The notes: generated from the letters alone by a model not told the origin. A stretch of 64,000 nt of DNA from Octopus bimaculoides (GCF_001194135.2 NC_069006.1:11557854-11621853), one strand, 5' to 3'. Shown: positions 35,905-48,792, numbered from the stretch's first letter. Program-made: numbers and translations.

Positions 35905-36310
35905 CTGTGTGCATAAATCATGCCTGGCTGTGTTGATAAGAAGTTCACTTCCCAATTATATAGTTTTGGGTTCAATCCTAATGCCTAGCACTTTGGGCAA
36001 ATGTCTTCTATTATAGCTGTGAGGCAAACAGAACCTTGCGAATGGATTTGGTACGTGGAAGCTGTGTATATATATATCAACATTTAATGTTCGTTTTCCA
36101 TGCTGGCATGGGTTGGTTGGCTTGACAGGAACAGGCAAGGCTGGGGACTGCACCAGTTTTCCATAGTCTGTTTTAACTTGGTTTCTACAGCCGGATGACC
36201 TTCCTAATGCCAACCACTTTGCAGAGTGTACTGAGCACTTTTTACATGGCACCAGCATCAGTGCTGTTTATGTGGCCCCAGCACCCACAATGCTTTTTAC
36301 ATGGCACCTT
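35905..36310. mobile_element. SINE-A 5' half (+, 35905-36065) followed by an RTE-tail-type repeat (-, 36075-36310)
   Basis: Family motifs in opposite orientations, joined at a (TA)n tract. Confidence 0.65.
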
Positions 36311-36377
36311 GGTTTTGTATGTGTATATAAATAACCTCTCTTCTCCATCTGCAAGACTGCTTTCTGTCCCTCAATAC

Positions 36378-36620
36378 CAGGCCTGTGGAGTCGGAGTTGG
36401 AAACAATTAAGAGGTAGCTGGAGTTGGAGTCGACAAAGCTATACCGACTCTGATTCCGACTCACAATGTCTTTATTCTTTAATATAAAGCATTTATAACA
36501 TATAGGCCTACACAAAGTACAAGCGTATGCTTTATGAGATACGAAGACCACAATCACTTTATTACATAAAGCGAAGTTAGAGCCAGAGTCAAACTTTTTT
36601 GTTTCAACTCCAAAGCCCTG
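36378..36620. mobile_element. hAT-type MITE, 243 bp
   Basis: TIRs CAGGCCTGTGGAGT / ACTCCAAAGCCCTG, subterminal GGAGTC/GACTC repeats, 8-bp TSD CTCAATAC / CTCAGTAC (7 of 8 match). Confidence 0.8.
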
Positions 36621-37599
36621 CTCAGTACTCTCTCCAGTTGAGGGGTCTTGTCCTATAAGTTACCCAGTGCTGCTGGTGCTATGTAAATAAAAAAAAATAA
36701 ATAAATAAAAAGCACCCAGTTCACTCTGTAAAAGTGGTTGGCATTAGGACAGACATATGCCAAGGCAGAGTTGAACTCTTGTTGAACCATCCACCCATGC
36801 CAGCATCAAAAATGGATGTAAGATACTTATGATAATGATGCATACACACACAATCACACACACGTGCATGTGAATGTTTGTGTCTCCTTGTCTTGACATT
36901 GGATGATTTTTGTAAATCAACAGGTGAGGGTTGGCAACAGGAAGGGCGTCTGGTCGTAAAAAGTCTAACTCAAACCCTGATGTATGTAAGCCTGGAAAAG
37001 TGGCCATTAAAATGATGATGATCATCATCATATTACCCTTTTAGTATTCAGGGTATTGTGTTAAATGTAATGCTTATTCATTCAAATTGTTTTAAATTAT
37101 GTGAAGCTTCAAGATTCCAATGATGTGATTATTTTTCTGTTTAGTTTGAACACAAAACCAATGGGTTTTACATTTTCTTATTTGTTACCTATATGGTGGT
37201 TGATGATTGAACACTGCCCAAATGAGCTTTGGGCTGGGTATGGCCAGTTTAAACCTAAAATTCCATGTATATAGGTTAGAATTTCTGAAGTATATAGTTA
37301 CAGGTGTGACTCTGTGATTAGGGAAGTTAATAAGCATTTGTCACGTATGTGGTTTTGTATGTATCAAGCATGGTGTATCTAGGATTACATTATCTAATAT
37401 ACCCTTTCTTTACAAAAACATGCTGTGATTTGAGGAAAAACTTGGCTGCTATTTGTAGCAGGTCAAGTGAAGGGCACTTTTTGGTTGAGAATCCCCTGCC
37501 CTGCATGTAGCTTGACCTCCTTAAATAACAACTAAATCTCCCTCAAATCATACTCCACTGTTATAAAAAGGGGAAAATATATCTTTTCTTTTTTTGTTG

Positions 37600-37797
37600 T
37601 CGTTACTCATTTCAGTTATTGGATTGTGGCCATGCTGGAGCACCATTTTTAAGGTTTAGTTGAACAAATCGACCCTAGTACTAATTTTTAAGTCCAATAC
37701 TTGTTCTATTGGCCTCTTTAGCCAAACTGCTAATTTATGGGAATATAAACAAACCAACACTGGTTGTCAAGTGGTAGTGAGGGAACAAACTTATGTG

Positions 37798-37837
<40 letters not shown>

Positions 37838-37994
37838 AAATGACAGGCTTTCACACAGTTTCCATCTACGAAATTCACTTAGAAGGCATTGGTTGGCCTC
37901 AGGCAAGAGCAGAAGCCCATGTTGCCATACAGTGGGACTGAAGCTGAAATCAGAGTTGCAAAGCAAGTTTCTTAATCACACAGCCATTCCTCTC
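37600..37994 (-). mobile_element. SINE family A, full length
   Basis: 3' domain, (TG)n and head, all in reverse orientation. Confidence 0.75.
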
Positions 37995-39853
37995 NNNNNN
38001 NNNNNNNNNNNNNNNNNNNNNNNNNNNNNNNNNNNNNNNNNNNNNNNNNNNNNNNNNNNNNNNNNNNNNNNNNNNNNNNNNNNNNNNNNNNNNNNNNNNN
38101 NNNNNNNNNNNNNNNNNNNNNNNNNNNNNNNNNNNNNNNNNNNNNNNNNNNNNNNNNNNNNNNNNNNNNNNNNNNNNNNNNNNNNNNNNNNNNNNNNNNN
38201 NNNNNNNNNNNNNNNNNNNNNNNNNNNNNNNNNNNNNNNNNNNNNNNNNNNNNNNNNNNNNNNNNNNNNNNNNNNNNNNNNNNNNNNNNNNNNNNNNNNN
38301 NNNNNNNNNNNNNNNNNNNNNNNNNNNNNNNNNNNNNNNNNNNNNNNNNNNNNNNNNNNNNNNNNNNNNNNNNNNNNNNNNNNNNNNNNNNNNNNNNNNN
38401 NNNNNNNNNNNNNNNNNNNNNNNNNNNNNNNNNNNNNNNNNNNNNNNNNNNNNNNNNNNNNNNNNNNNNNNNNNNNNNNNNNNNNNNNNNNNNNNNNNNN
38501 NNNNNNNNNNNNNNNNNNNNNNNNNNNNNNNNNNNNNNNNNNNNNNNNNNNNNNNNNNNNNNNNNNNNNNNNNNNNNNNNNNNNNNNNNNNNNNNNNNNN
38601 NNNNNNNNNNNNNNNNNNNNNNNNNNNNNNNNNNNNNNNNNNNNNNNNNNNNNNNNNNNNNNNNNNNNNNNNNNNNNNNNNNNNNNNNNNNNNNNNNNNN
38701 NNNNNNNNNNNNNNNNNNNNNNNNNNNNNNNNNNNNNNNNNNNNNNNNNNNNNNNNNNNNNNNNNNNNNNNNNNNNNNNNNNNNNAACTACCCTTGGCAA
38801 ACAGGACACAGTCGTGTGTCGATAAGCCAGCTGGAGGAGATGTCCTCCTGGGGCTAAAAGCAACAGTAACATCCACCCCTAGGGGTCAGCCACACTTAAG
38901 TGGCAATATACTACACTTTATCGTGCAGTTACTGTTAATACTTCATTTAGAGAATTAACATTGCTTATATATATATATATATATATATATATAATGAGAG
39001 AGAGGGTAATGTTATCTTAGAAGTACAGTCTGAAAAAATAAGATGTGATAGTTGCAGTTGGAATGCCTGTGATCATAGGTTTTCTCAGTGTTGGCCCAGG
39101 GTTAAACAACAACAAAAATAATGTTGGCACTTTTTTTTTTATCTGCATGCCATCACATAAATACAATCTGAGATTTAAAAACACGCACCCATCCATCCAT
39201 CCATCCATCCATCCATATATAATGAAACAAACTGGGATTGCATTTTTATAAGCTTGTAAACTGTTGATTTTCATGTCAAGTTTGCTCAATCATTCTGTAC
39301 CTTATCAAGAGCTCTCACATACTCTAAGCACCACAACCAACCCCATCTCAACTACTTACTGCATAAATCTCTCCTTCATTGTTGTCCTTTTCACCACTAA
39401 GTGGGCATACATGCCTGTAATGCTGTATAATATATGTGTGTGTGTGTGTGTGTGTATACATATATATTATGTGTGCATTCTTTCTGGCACATTGTGAATT
39501 ATGGTCTGTGAAGTGTTTAATTATTCTAAGCCCGTTATTTACATTTTACTCAACTAACATAACAAGGAGGAATGTAAAGTAGTTCATTAATGCTCTACTT
39601 TGCTAAATACTCTCGTCTCAGTCTTCTAAGCCTTCGCCTCAGACCTTTCTCTATAAACCCCTTCCCACAAATATTTCTGTCTAAATCTCTTAGCTCGGAC
39701 CACTTTAGTATTCCATCCACCCCAATATGGTATTGAACTTCTCACCTGTCCACCCACTTGACTCAGGCTCTATAAAGAGTGAGAGGCACTGATTTCCCTT
39801 TTGACTAAAAGAAAACATTAAATAAAAATATTTTAGCACAAACATGTCTTCAA

Positions 39854-40303
39854 CCCTTTTAGCATTTAAATGTGACACATAAGAAGCACTGGTGATGGTG
39901 CCACATAAGAAGCACTGGTGATGGTGCCACATAAAAAGCACTGGTGATGGTGCCACATAAAAAGCACTGGTGATGGTGTCACATAAGAAGCATCCAGGTG
40001 TAGAAACCAAGCCAAAGCAGACTGGAGCCTGGTGTGGATCCTGGTCTTGTCAGCTCCTGTCAAGCCATCCAACCCATGCCAGCATAGAAAACAGATGTTA
40101 AATGATGATGATATCAAATATTCTTCCTGTTTTATCTTCAAACTGGCTGGATTTGGCATCTCACACCTACCCTACAATGTCATTCTGAAACTAAACAATC
40201 ACATCATCAAAATCTGGAAGCTACAAGGTATTGCATAATTAATTCAAAATGTTGTGGATCAATAAGCATTCCATTTGACAGAGTATTTCTGAATGCTAAG
40301 GGG
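39854..40303. mobile_element. piggyBac-type MITE (34530 family) with a nested RTE-tail-type insertion
   Basis: TCAA|CCCTTTTAGCATT ... AATGCTAAGGGG|TTAA; the internal 39871-40092 block is foreign to the 34530 copy. Confidence 0.7.
39876..39992 (+). repeat. 26-bp tandem repeat CACATAARAAGCACTGGTGATGGTGC, 4.5 units
   Basis: Units start at 39876, 39902, 39928, 39954 and 39980. Confidence 0.95.
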
Positions 40304-40977
40304 TTAATGTTGTTTCATTCTTGCATCAGCTGTCAGGACGCTGCATCCTTCAAAAGTTCCACATTTCCTGGAATTCACCAACTCCACTCCTGAAAGTCTG
40401 CCTCTTCACTCATTTCCTCTTTATGATTCTTTTCTGTCTTGTTGTCTTTTTTTTTTCCCTATGTATTAGACATCATGAACTTCTGGCTTTCATTGCTCTC
40501 TTGCTTTACTTTCTGTCCCCTCTTTTTCTTTGGTTTAATCCAATTTATAACATTAGTCCAATCTCTATCAGCTTAGAACATGCATATTAACGGATGATGA
40601 TGATGTACAGATGTTCTTTTCTGAATTTGCCCACAATATTGTTTACATTATCTGTGTACCACTCAGTGTTGACTAAATAAATAAAAGAATCAATGTTAAC
40701 AAAAAAAAAAAAAAAACCCTGGCAAAAGAACCTTCTAGCCATTATCTGAACAGTAAAAATATCAAATGAAATAAATAACTAATGTAATCATGAGAAAGAT
40801 GTGATCAATATATGCACACAATTTTTCTCTAAACGTACAAATGTTATTGTGGCTCACTTCTTGATCTTTGGCTTACCTTGCATGTATGTATTATAGATTT
40901 ATACTGCACTAATTAATATAATAATGTATCATAATAACTAATTGTGTTGGAATATGTATGCGTGTGTGTGAGTATAT

Positions 40978-41210
40978 AATCATCATCATCATCATCATCA
41001 TTTAATGTCTGTTGTCCATGCTGGCATGGGTTGAATGGCTTGACCAGGGCTGGTAAGCTGGAAGGCTGCACCAGGCTCCAGTCTGATTTGGTATGGTTTT
41101 TATGGCTGGATGCCCTTCCTAATGCCAACCACTCTGAGAGTGTAATGGGTGCTTTTACATGCCACTGGCACAGGTACCATTTGCATGACATCAGTATCTG
41201 CCATGACATT
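40978..41210 (-). mobile_element. RTE 3' tail copy
   Basis: (cat)n ttaatgtc..ggatgcccttcctaatgccaaccactc..gtgcttttacatgcc. Confidence 0.8.
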
Positions 41211-42324
41211 ATTATATATATATNNNNNNNNNNNNNNNNNNNNNNNNNNNNNNNNNNNNNNNNNNNNNNNNNNNNNNNNNNNNNNNNNNNNNNNNNNNNN
41301 NNNNNNNNNNNNNNNNNNNNNNNNNNNNNNNNNNNNNNNNNNNNNNNNNNNNNNNNNNNNNNNNNNNNNNNNNNNNNNNNNNNNNNNNNNNNNNNNNNNN
41401 NNNNNNNNNNNNNNNNNNNNNNNNNNNNNNNNNNNNNNNNNATATATATATGTGTGTGTGTAGTGTTAGGTGTGATGTACAGAATTGAATATTGAAAAAA
41501 AAATCGTCAGAATTTTGGAAAAAACTTTTATTTTATTATATCTTCATTTTCATATTAACGCTTTTGTTCGTTTTTCAAACATATCAAATACAATTCTGTG
41601 AATATACAGATATCTTGCTTATTTATATAAAACAGATGTTTTTGGGGAATTTTGTTTATGAGAGAACATTGTTTTTGTTTTGTTTTATATATATATAAAT
41701 GACAAGGGAAAAAGACATGAGGTAATGAACTTCATTGGCTTGTAGCTGTTTCTTCTGCTATAGGATGCAGTCATACTTGCTTCATTTTTGAAGCTCTGAC
41801 AAAGCTATAAAGTGGTACTCAACTGTGAGTGCATTGCATCTTATGGCAGAAACAGTTGTAAGCTACTGAAGTTTATAACATAACTTCTTGTTGTTATTTA
41901 TGTAATCCCTTTGTACTCAACTAATGCTTTTCTCTGAAACACGTATATTGAGTTCTAACATAGTGATTCTAATAGAATCACTATGCCTATGCAAAATATT
42001 AAAATACTAGCTGGCCCCATGCCGTCAAAAATGACAACTAATTGTAATATTTTATTTATAAATATGGATGGTAAATCAATACACTTGTCAATGTTCACAT
42101 ACATTCACATACTTCCCTTGTACATGCACACACATACACACACAGAGTTGAAACGCTGTTTGATTTTTCTTTTGAACATTGAATGTTAACCATCCCACCA
42201 GTTTGTCATATATATTTTCTTTTTGCGTAATTTAGATGACAATATATCCACTGCACCCTGTATGTATGTATGTATGTATGTATGTATGTATGTATATATA
42301 AAATATTGAAAGTGACGGCTTGTG

Positions 42325-42600
42325 ACGTAGTGGTTAGGCTGTTGCACTCACAACTGCTAGATCATGGGTTCAATTCCCAGACTGGGTGGCACATATTCTT
42401 GAGCAAGACACTTCATTTCATGCTGGTCCAGTCCCCTTTCAATCAGAACGGAATGTTGGCCTTGCTTGCCTAGGCAGCAGGGTGGCATCATTCAAAGGCT
42501 AAAACAATGCAAAGTGCATTGTGACCAGTGATGTGTAACAACATCTGATAGTCTTGGTTGGTCATGCAATCACATGATGATATTGGAAAGATGAAAAGTT
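42325..42600 (+). mobile_element. SINE family C
   Basis: gacgtagtggttaggctgttgcactc..gggttcaattccc..ttcttgagcaagacacttcatttc. Confidence 0.65.
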
Positions 42601-42701
42601 TCCACTCATCATCTTTTTCTAAATATGCTACTGGTTTTCATCGCTTTTTTACTCATGATGAAATAAAAGGGAAAATAATTTGCATGCACGCACGCACCAC
42701 G

Positions 42702-42735
<34 letters not shown>

Positions 42736-42738
<3 letters not shown>

Positions 42739-42915
42739 GATTGAAAGAAGTGAAGCCAGCATGCTCTGCTGGATGTGCAATATCAGTGTGTTTGTACAAC
42801 AGTGCAAATGTGTGTTCAAAGGAAAATTGAGTATATGAGTCGTCAGATGAAGATAGCTGCATAAAGAAGTATCAACGTCAAAACATGGAGGGAACATGTG
42901 GAGGAAGAAGACACT
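42736..42915 (+). mobile_element. Degenerate RTE C-terminal coding fragment
   Basis: RLERSEASMLCWMCNISV.. and DEDSCIKK..EGTCG, as in 57360-57560. Confidence 0.65.
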
Positions 42916-43544
42916 GGGGGTGGGGGATGCAAAATGATCTTCAGATGTAGAGCTTCACAGAGGAGATGACAAATGACTGAGATGATTGGCGATTTGTTGT
43001 GCTCAAGAAGACCTGTCCAGCTTTAAAAAAATCGGAGCTATAAAAGTGTATCCTTTATGTCCATACCTCTCCCACTTCCCGCATAAAATCTTTCCCTGAG
43101 AAACCTCTCCCCACAACCCATCTTCTTAACAACTCCCACTCTCCCTTCACACCCTCATCAATCTACCTGCATATGATGTGCTCTTGTTGAATCTCCTTCC
43201 TCACAACATCTCCTCCTAACACCTCCTTCCTCTATTTGTGTCTGCTCACTACATTCCTTCCCCTCCCCCTTCACAATCTCACCCACCCACATGCCCTATC
43301 CAATGCTTGGCCCCATCTCACTTATATACACCTGTCTGTCACTTGAGAGTACCTCTCTCCCCATCACATCTTCATCATCTTCTCTTTCTCCAATTTGGTT
43401 AGCCATGTATCTCCTCTACTGTAGGTCACTTTTTTCTATCCTTCTATCATACTCTAACTTCTCCTCGCCTGCCACAAAGCTACTTCCCCTCAATACTTCA
43501 ATACTTTTCCTCCTTCTTGGAAGTTATTTGGCAACCTCACTGCT

Positions 43545-43745
43545 GCTGCTGCTGCTGGTGCCACATGAAAGCACCCAGTACACTCTGTAAAGTGGTTGGT
43601 ATTAGGAAAGGCATCTGGCTGTGGAAACCATGTCCAAGCCAACAGTAAAGCTTGGCGCAGTCCCGTAGCTTTCCAGTTCCCGTCACACTGCCCAACCCAT
43701 GCCAGCATAGCAGGGTGTTAAATGATGATGATGATGATGATGATA
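43545..43745 (+). mobile_element. RTE-tail-type repeat
   Basis: ggtgccacatgaaagcaccc..ggaaaggcatctggc..gttaaat(gat)n. Confidence 0.7.
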
Positions 43746-43995
43746 CATATATTTATTTGTGGTTTCAAGCATTGGATTGTGGCCCTGCTGGAGCACTGCC
43801 TTGAATGGTTGAATTCAAACAAATCAGCTTTGATGCTTATTTTACATCTGGAACTTATTTTGTTGGTCGCTCTTTGCTGAACCACTAAGATATTGGGCTA
43901 TAAACAAACCAACACCAGTTACCAAGTGGTGGGTGGGCAAAGACAAAGACACATACACTTACCTATATATACACCACAGGCTTTTTTCAGTTTCT

Positions 43996-44221
43996 TATTT
44001 CTTTATTGCCCACACGGGGCTAAACATAGAGGGGACAAACAAGGACAGACAAAGGGATTAAGTTGATTAGATCGACCCCAGTGCGTAACTGGTACTTAAT
44101 TTATCGACCACAAAAGGATGAAAGGCAAAGTTGACCTCAGCGGAATTTGAACTCAGAATGTAACGGCAGATGAAATACCGCTAAGCATTTCGTCCAGCGT
44201 GCTGACGATTCTGCCAGCTCG
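43996..44221 (-). mobile_element. Young SINE family B copy inserted into a SINE-A (-; 43755-43995 and 44222-44310)
   Basis: Full length, with an imperfect ~21-bp TSD: ccacaggctt-tttt-cagtttct / ccacaggctt-cca-cagtttct. Confidence 0.85.
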
Positions 44222-44895
44222 CCACAGGCTTCCACAGTTTCTGTCTATCAAATTCACTCACACGGCATCAGTCTACTCGGGCTATAATAAAAGGCACTTA
44301 CCTAAGGTAAATGTGTTGCAATGTGCTCATGTTGAGAACCTGATTTGTGTAGGAAGCGTGTGACAAGAGGATGAATTCTGAATTTAATGTTCAGGTCATT
44401 TGAGCAGTGTTCGATCATCAACCATGATATAGGTAACAAATAAGAAAATGTAAAATATGTAATACTTTATCCTACTAACTGTTGTTTGTAGCAGTCTTTG
44501 ACAAACAATCTAAAGGAGTAACATTTAAGCTCTGATGGGAAAACTTTGTGGAATGACTATCTAATTAATTGATTGATTAATTACTTGCTTGTTTATGTAT
44601 ATAAACCATTGTAGGACATGGATACAATTACACAAGGTTTTTGACACATGTGAATAGTCACAAAAGAATATAACTCTTTGTTCTTCATTTGATTATTATT
44701 ATACTTTGTGATTAACGTACCAATCTGTCAATTGGTGAAGAACTTTGGATTTACAGTTAGTACCTGTAACAAGATATATCTAAACCATATGGATCAATGT
44801 ACTCTTCAACGGACATTCTGTTAACCAGGTACATTGCATAGACTACTTACTAAGGGTATTCACTTAGATTTTTTCAGTCCCTATTTTCCTTTTCT

Positions 44896-44977
<82 letters not shown>

Positions 44978-44984
44978 ATATATA

Positions 44985-45848
44985 TCTTAATAAATAAAAT
45001 CCATTCTGTCTGTCTATCTGTCTGTTTGTGCGCTTATAACTCGAGTATTGTTCATCCGATTGCGCTGAAATTTTAAACATGGGTACATGAGAAATAGTTA
45101 GTTTCAAGGTGAGAATCGCTATTTTTGTAATCTTTTTGTCCTGTTTGTTCTGTCATTAAAATCAACCAGTTGCTCAGACAGCTGGCACATACCATTTCAC
45201 TAGCAACAAGGGGAGTACAGAATGACAGTCAGCCAAAACCGTCGCTCTGCTGTCTTTCTTATGACATCCAATTCCTCTTGAAGTTGTATATATATTGTGT
45301 TACGATTCGTCATCAATCAATTATCCTTATTGAGAAGAAACAGTCAAAAGTAACCACCACATACAATCACCAATCATCTCCACTACTTAACACCGTCCAA
45401 GTCAGCCCTCTTCACCTTTACATCTGACATGGAAAACTATGAGGAAAGTAAAAAAGAGAAAAAATTGATTGCTATTAAAACATGTAAAATTTTGAGGTAA
45501 ATAATCTTAATCTTTAGTTACAGTTTCTCATTCAAACTACAGGATTGTTGGATTAAGACAGTAGGGTGTTTTGAGGGAGATTTGGCTGCTATTTCTACCA
45601 GGTCTAGCTACCATGTAGAGGTCTCCCTCATTGGCTCATACATACATATATACATAAAATTGAAATAAAAAACTTAAAGTAACAGGCGTCAAATACAAAA
45701 GGCAAGGTTCATGCAGTGTCATGGGCCAAAATAATTTCCAACTTCTTGCCTAGTGCAAGCCCAGAGCAATCTCTTATATCTTACACTATTTCAGTATTAC
45801 ATCTCTATTGTAATGTAAGATAATACTTTCAGTTTGAAAGAAGTGTGT

Positions 45849-45883
<35 letters not shown>

Positions 45884-47259
45884 CTTATGCATTACAAAAC
45901 CGAGTTAAAGATGTTGACGTATGAAGTATCAAAAATTTCAGTACTATTTCGGCTACAAATTAAACTTAATTTCCATTCACGTATTTGCATTTCAAAAATT
46001 TAACATAAATCTTTTCCATAAATCAACTATCGTAAACATTTTATACTATGACGTCACATTTTCTATATGTGTGTGTACCTTAAAAGACATCAATCATCAT
46101 GACACATACCTTCACTCACTCACTCTAGCTCTCTTTCTCACCCTCTTTCTCTCTCACACACATACATGCACGAACGTGCACATACACACACACGGCCATC
46201 TCATATAGGCGTACATACGTCTTTCATTTTCTTTCTGTGTTCTTTTCGCTTTCTCTTTCTGCTCTCTTCAAATAATTTTTTACGGAATGAGCGGGAGAAA
46301 CACAGAAAAGACATAATCTCTCCAGAAACAAGTATAAAAAAGCAAGGAGGATTGCAGAAAACCAAAGGCAAGAGTCTGAAGAGAGATGAGATTTTCTCAA
46401 CATCAGCAAATGCATGTTGCAGCACTTAATGCTGGATCATTAAATCAATGTTTTAATGATTAGACAGAGGTCCAGTAGAATAGCTCTCCGAAACAGACTG
46501 CATACAAATTCATTCTTCACAACTTCTGAAGCTATTTTCAGGCATGATCCATCCCATTCTTATAAAAATAACTCTGTCCAAATTTGGTGTGCTAAACACA
46601 AATTGTCGTTTATGTAGAGCTTTAAAATGTTCTAATGAAACAAATGGTATGTGCTGCTCAGGCGGTCAGGTAACATCGCCACCACTACCAGCTCCTTCTC
46701 AACTGCTTATGGATCTTCTAGAAGGCATTTCCATCCAGTCAAAGGATTTTCTGAACAATATCAGACAATACAACTTTGCATTTCAAATGATATCGTTTGG
46801 TGCATCTAAGAAGATAATTTATGCTGACGTCAAAGTTCAAGGGCAAGTCTAACACTACATTGGTTCCCTGTTACTAACAAATGAACAACCACAGTTCCTC
46901 AGAATTTACTTTGAGTGATGTAGGACAACAAACCTGATGGAAGTGTAAAAATTTCAGATCATGGCTTGTGTTAGACACAGCACCGACTGCTGCAAAGGAG
47001 AGACTATCCACTGACAGCTTTTCAGTGCATTCAAAAATCACATAACCCCCACCTCCAATTTTCCATGCCAGGTTAGGGCCTGAAATACTCCAAACAGACG
47101 TATGGCATGTTGCTTAATCGAATTAGCCTGGCAATTTACTTCACAAATGTTTTGTTGTCAATGCTGCATTTTCCCATATCACATATTTCAATATAACTGT
47201 AATATATTATATACAAACTATGCCATTTTAATTTCAAGCAATGCTGGGTATTTCTGCTA

Positions 47260-47260
<1 letters not shown>
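44985..47260 (+). mobile_element. Helitron (internally deleted; outer limits tentative)
   Basis: A|TC 5' end (TCTTAATAAATAAAAT..(TGTC)n..CCGATT..GAAATT), a RepHel remnant inside, and a 3' end AGCAATGCTGGGTATTTCTGCTAG|T with a short hairpin before CTAG. Confidence 0.7.
46520..46915 (+). pseudogene. Helitron Rep/helicase N-terminal remnant
   Basis: CRLCRALKCSNETNGMCCSGGQV..PPLPAP..SKDFLNNIRQYNFAFQMISFGA..KVQGQV*HYIGSLL..PQFLRIYF matches the RepHel C..C.ALK..ET.GMCC..G.V / NIR.YN..FQMTSFGA / QGQ.YH.IGSL motifs. Confidence 0.85.
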
Positions 47261-47306
<46 letters not shown>

Positions 47307-47309
<3 letters not shown>

Positions 47310-48351
47310 TATCTATATCTATAAAACTCAAAATGTCTGTGTATGCTTCTTATGCATTACCACATTTTTCATCCGATTTTAATGAAATTTTTTTTATTAA
47401 ATGGCAAATTTGCTCAGGCAGGTCACTACTGCATTAATGGTGCCTAGAGATCCCCACTTCTAAGAGAAAAATCGATAAAACTGAAGACCCCCCCCCACCC
47501 CACACATTTTACCAAAAAATAGGCAAAAGTTTCATGTGAGAAAAGTTTTTACAGGAATGTCTGATTTTTATAATTTTGGTGTCAAAAGGACTGTCATGTT
47601 GCAACATTTCAGACAAATATTTTGGCACTGCCTAGGGGCATCTGGTTCCCAAGAAAATTGTGGGAAACTTTGAAAAAAATCGATTTTTTGCATTTTTGCA
47701 AAGTTACACAGTAGAAAACTTTTTACTGGAAAGTCCAATTTCTTTGGTTTTTATGGCTACAAAAACCACCATGTAATGGCGGTTCTATCAAGTATCTGTT
47801 CTATGTCCAAAGGCATCCTTGTGCGACAAAAAAAAACCTTGAAAAACTGTAAATAAATCGATTTCATACACTTTTCCCCCTTTAATTAAATCTTCAAGAT
47901 CTTCTCACTGCTTTGGTGGATTGCATTCAAACTTTACACACTATTTGCTCATCCTAAGGATAACGTTAGGAGACTCCGATATGCACAATTCATCTGCATT
48001 TGACCAACAATTGCGAAAAACTGAGTAGAAAACCGGTTTTTTGCCCTGAAACTCCTGCATTTTTGACCAAATTCGTCCAAATCTCGCATGAACAGTACAG
48101 ATGACTCAACAATAGTTCAAAACTGTTTTTGGTTAATATTCTTTAACTTGCGACAGATCTACGAAATACTGTGAAACATCATCTTTTTGCATTTTTGCAG
48201 AGTTACACCCAAAAAAGCTGTTTCAAGGAACGCCTGGTTCTTTTGTTTTGCTTTTCTTTGCAAAAGAACCGCTATGTTGCGTCACTTTGGGAAAGTATTT
48301 GTTCTTTGTCCCTGTGCATCCGGGTTCTACAGAAAACTGCAAAACATGGAC
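47307..48351 (+). mobile_element. Second Helitron-like element, 5' portion (runs into a gap)
   Basis: A|TCTTATCTATATCTATAAAACTCAAAATGTCTGT..CATCCGATTTTAATGAAATT start within the (TA)n tract that follows the first Helitron. Confidence 0.6.
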
Positions 48352-48499
48352 NNNNNNNNNNNNNNNNNNNNNNNNNNNNNNNNNNNNNNNNNNNNNNNNN
48401 NNNNNNNNNNNNNNNNNNNNNNNNNNNNNNNNNNNNNNNNNNNNNNNNNNNTGTGTATATATATATGTATATATATATGTATATATATATATGTATATA

Positions 48500-48749
48500 T
48501 GAAATTCACTGTCTGTGTGTATGTTTCCTCTATGCATGGCCAAACTGCTGGATCAGTTTGTACCAAATTTAGCATGAAGGTTTTTCATTACTCAGAGAAG
48601 GTTCTAGGGGGTGGGGTTGTCAAATTTTGGCCCTTGCCCATATAGGGGGCTGTAGATCTGCCTCTCCCCCACAACCCTTCCAATTTTTGCCTCAGCAGTA
48701 TAATACCAAATTTAGCATGAAGGTTTTTCATTACTTGAAGAAGGTTCTA

Positions 48750-48750
<1 letters not shown>
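48500..48750 (+). mobile_element. Third Helitron-like fragment with a 47-bp internal direct repeat
   Basis: gaaattcactgtctgtgtg..actgctggatcagtttgtaccaaatttagcatg. Repeat copies at 48561-48607 and 48704-48750. Confidence 0.45.
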
Positions 48751-48791
<41 letters not shown>

Positions 48792-48792
48792 A

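Noticed and set aside
39876-39992. CRISPR-like array (also considered for 15655-16035)
   Set aside because: Units are directly adjacent or degenerate with no unique spacers, the context is eukaryotic, and there are no cas genes.
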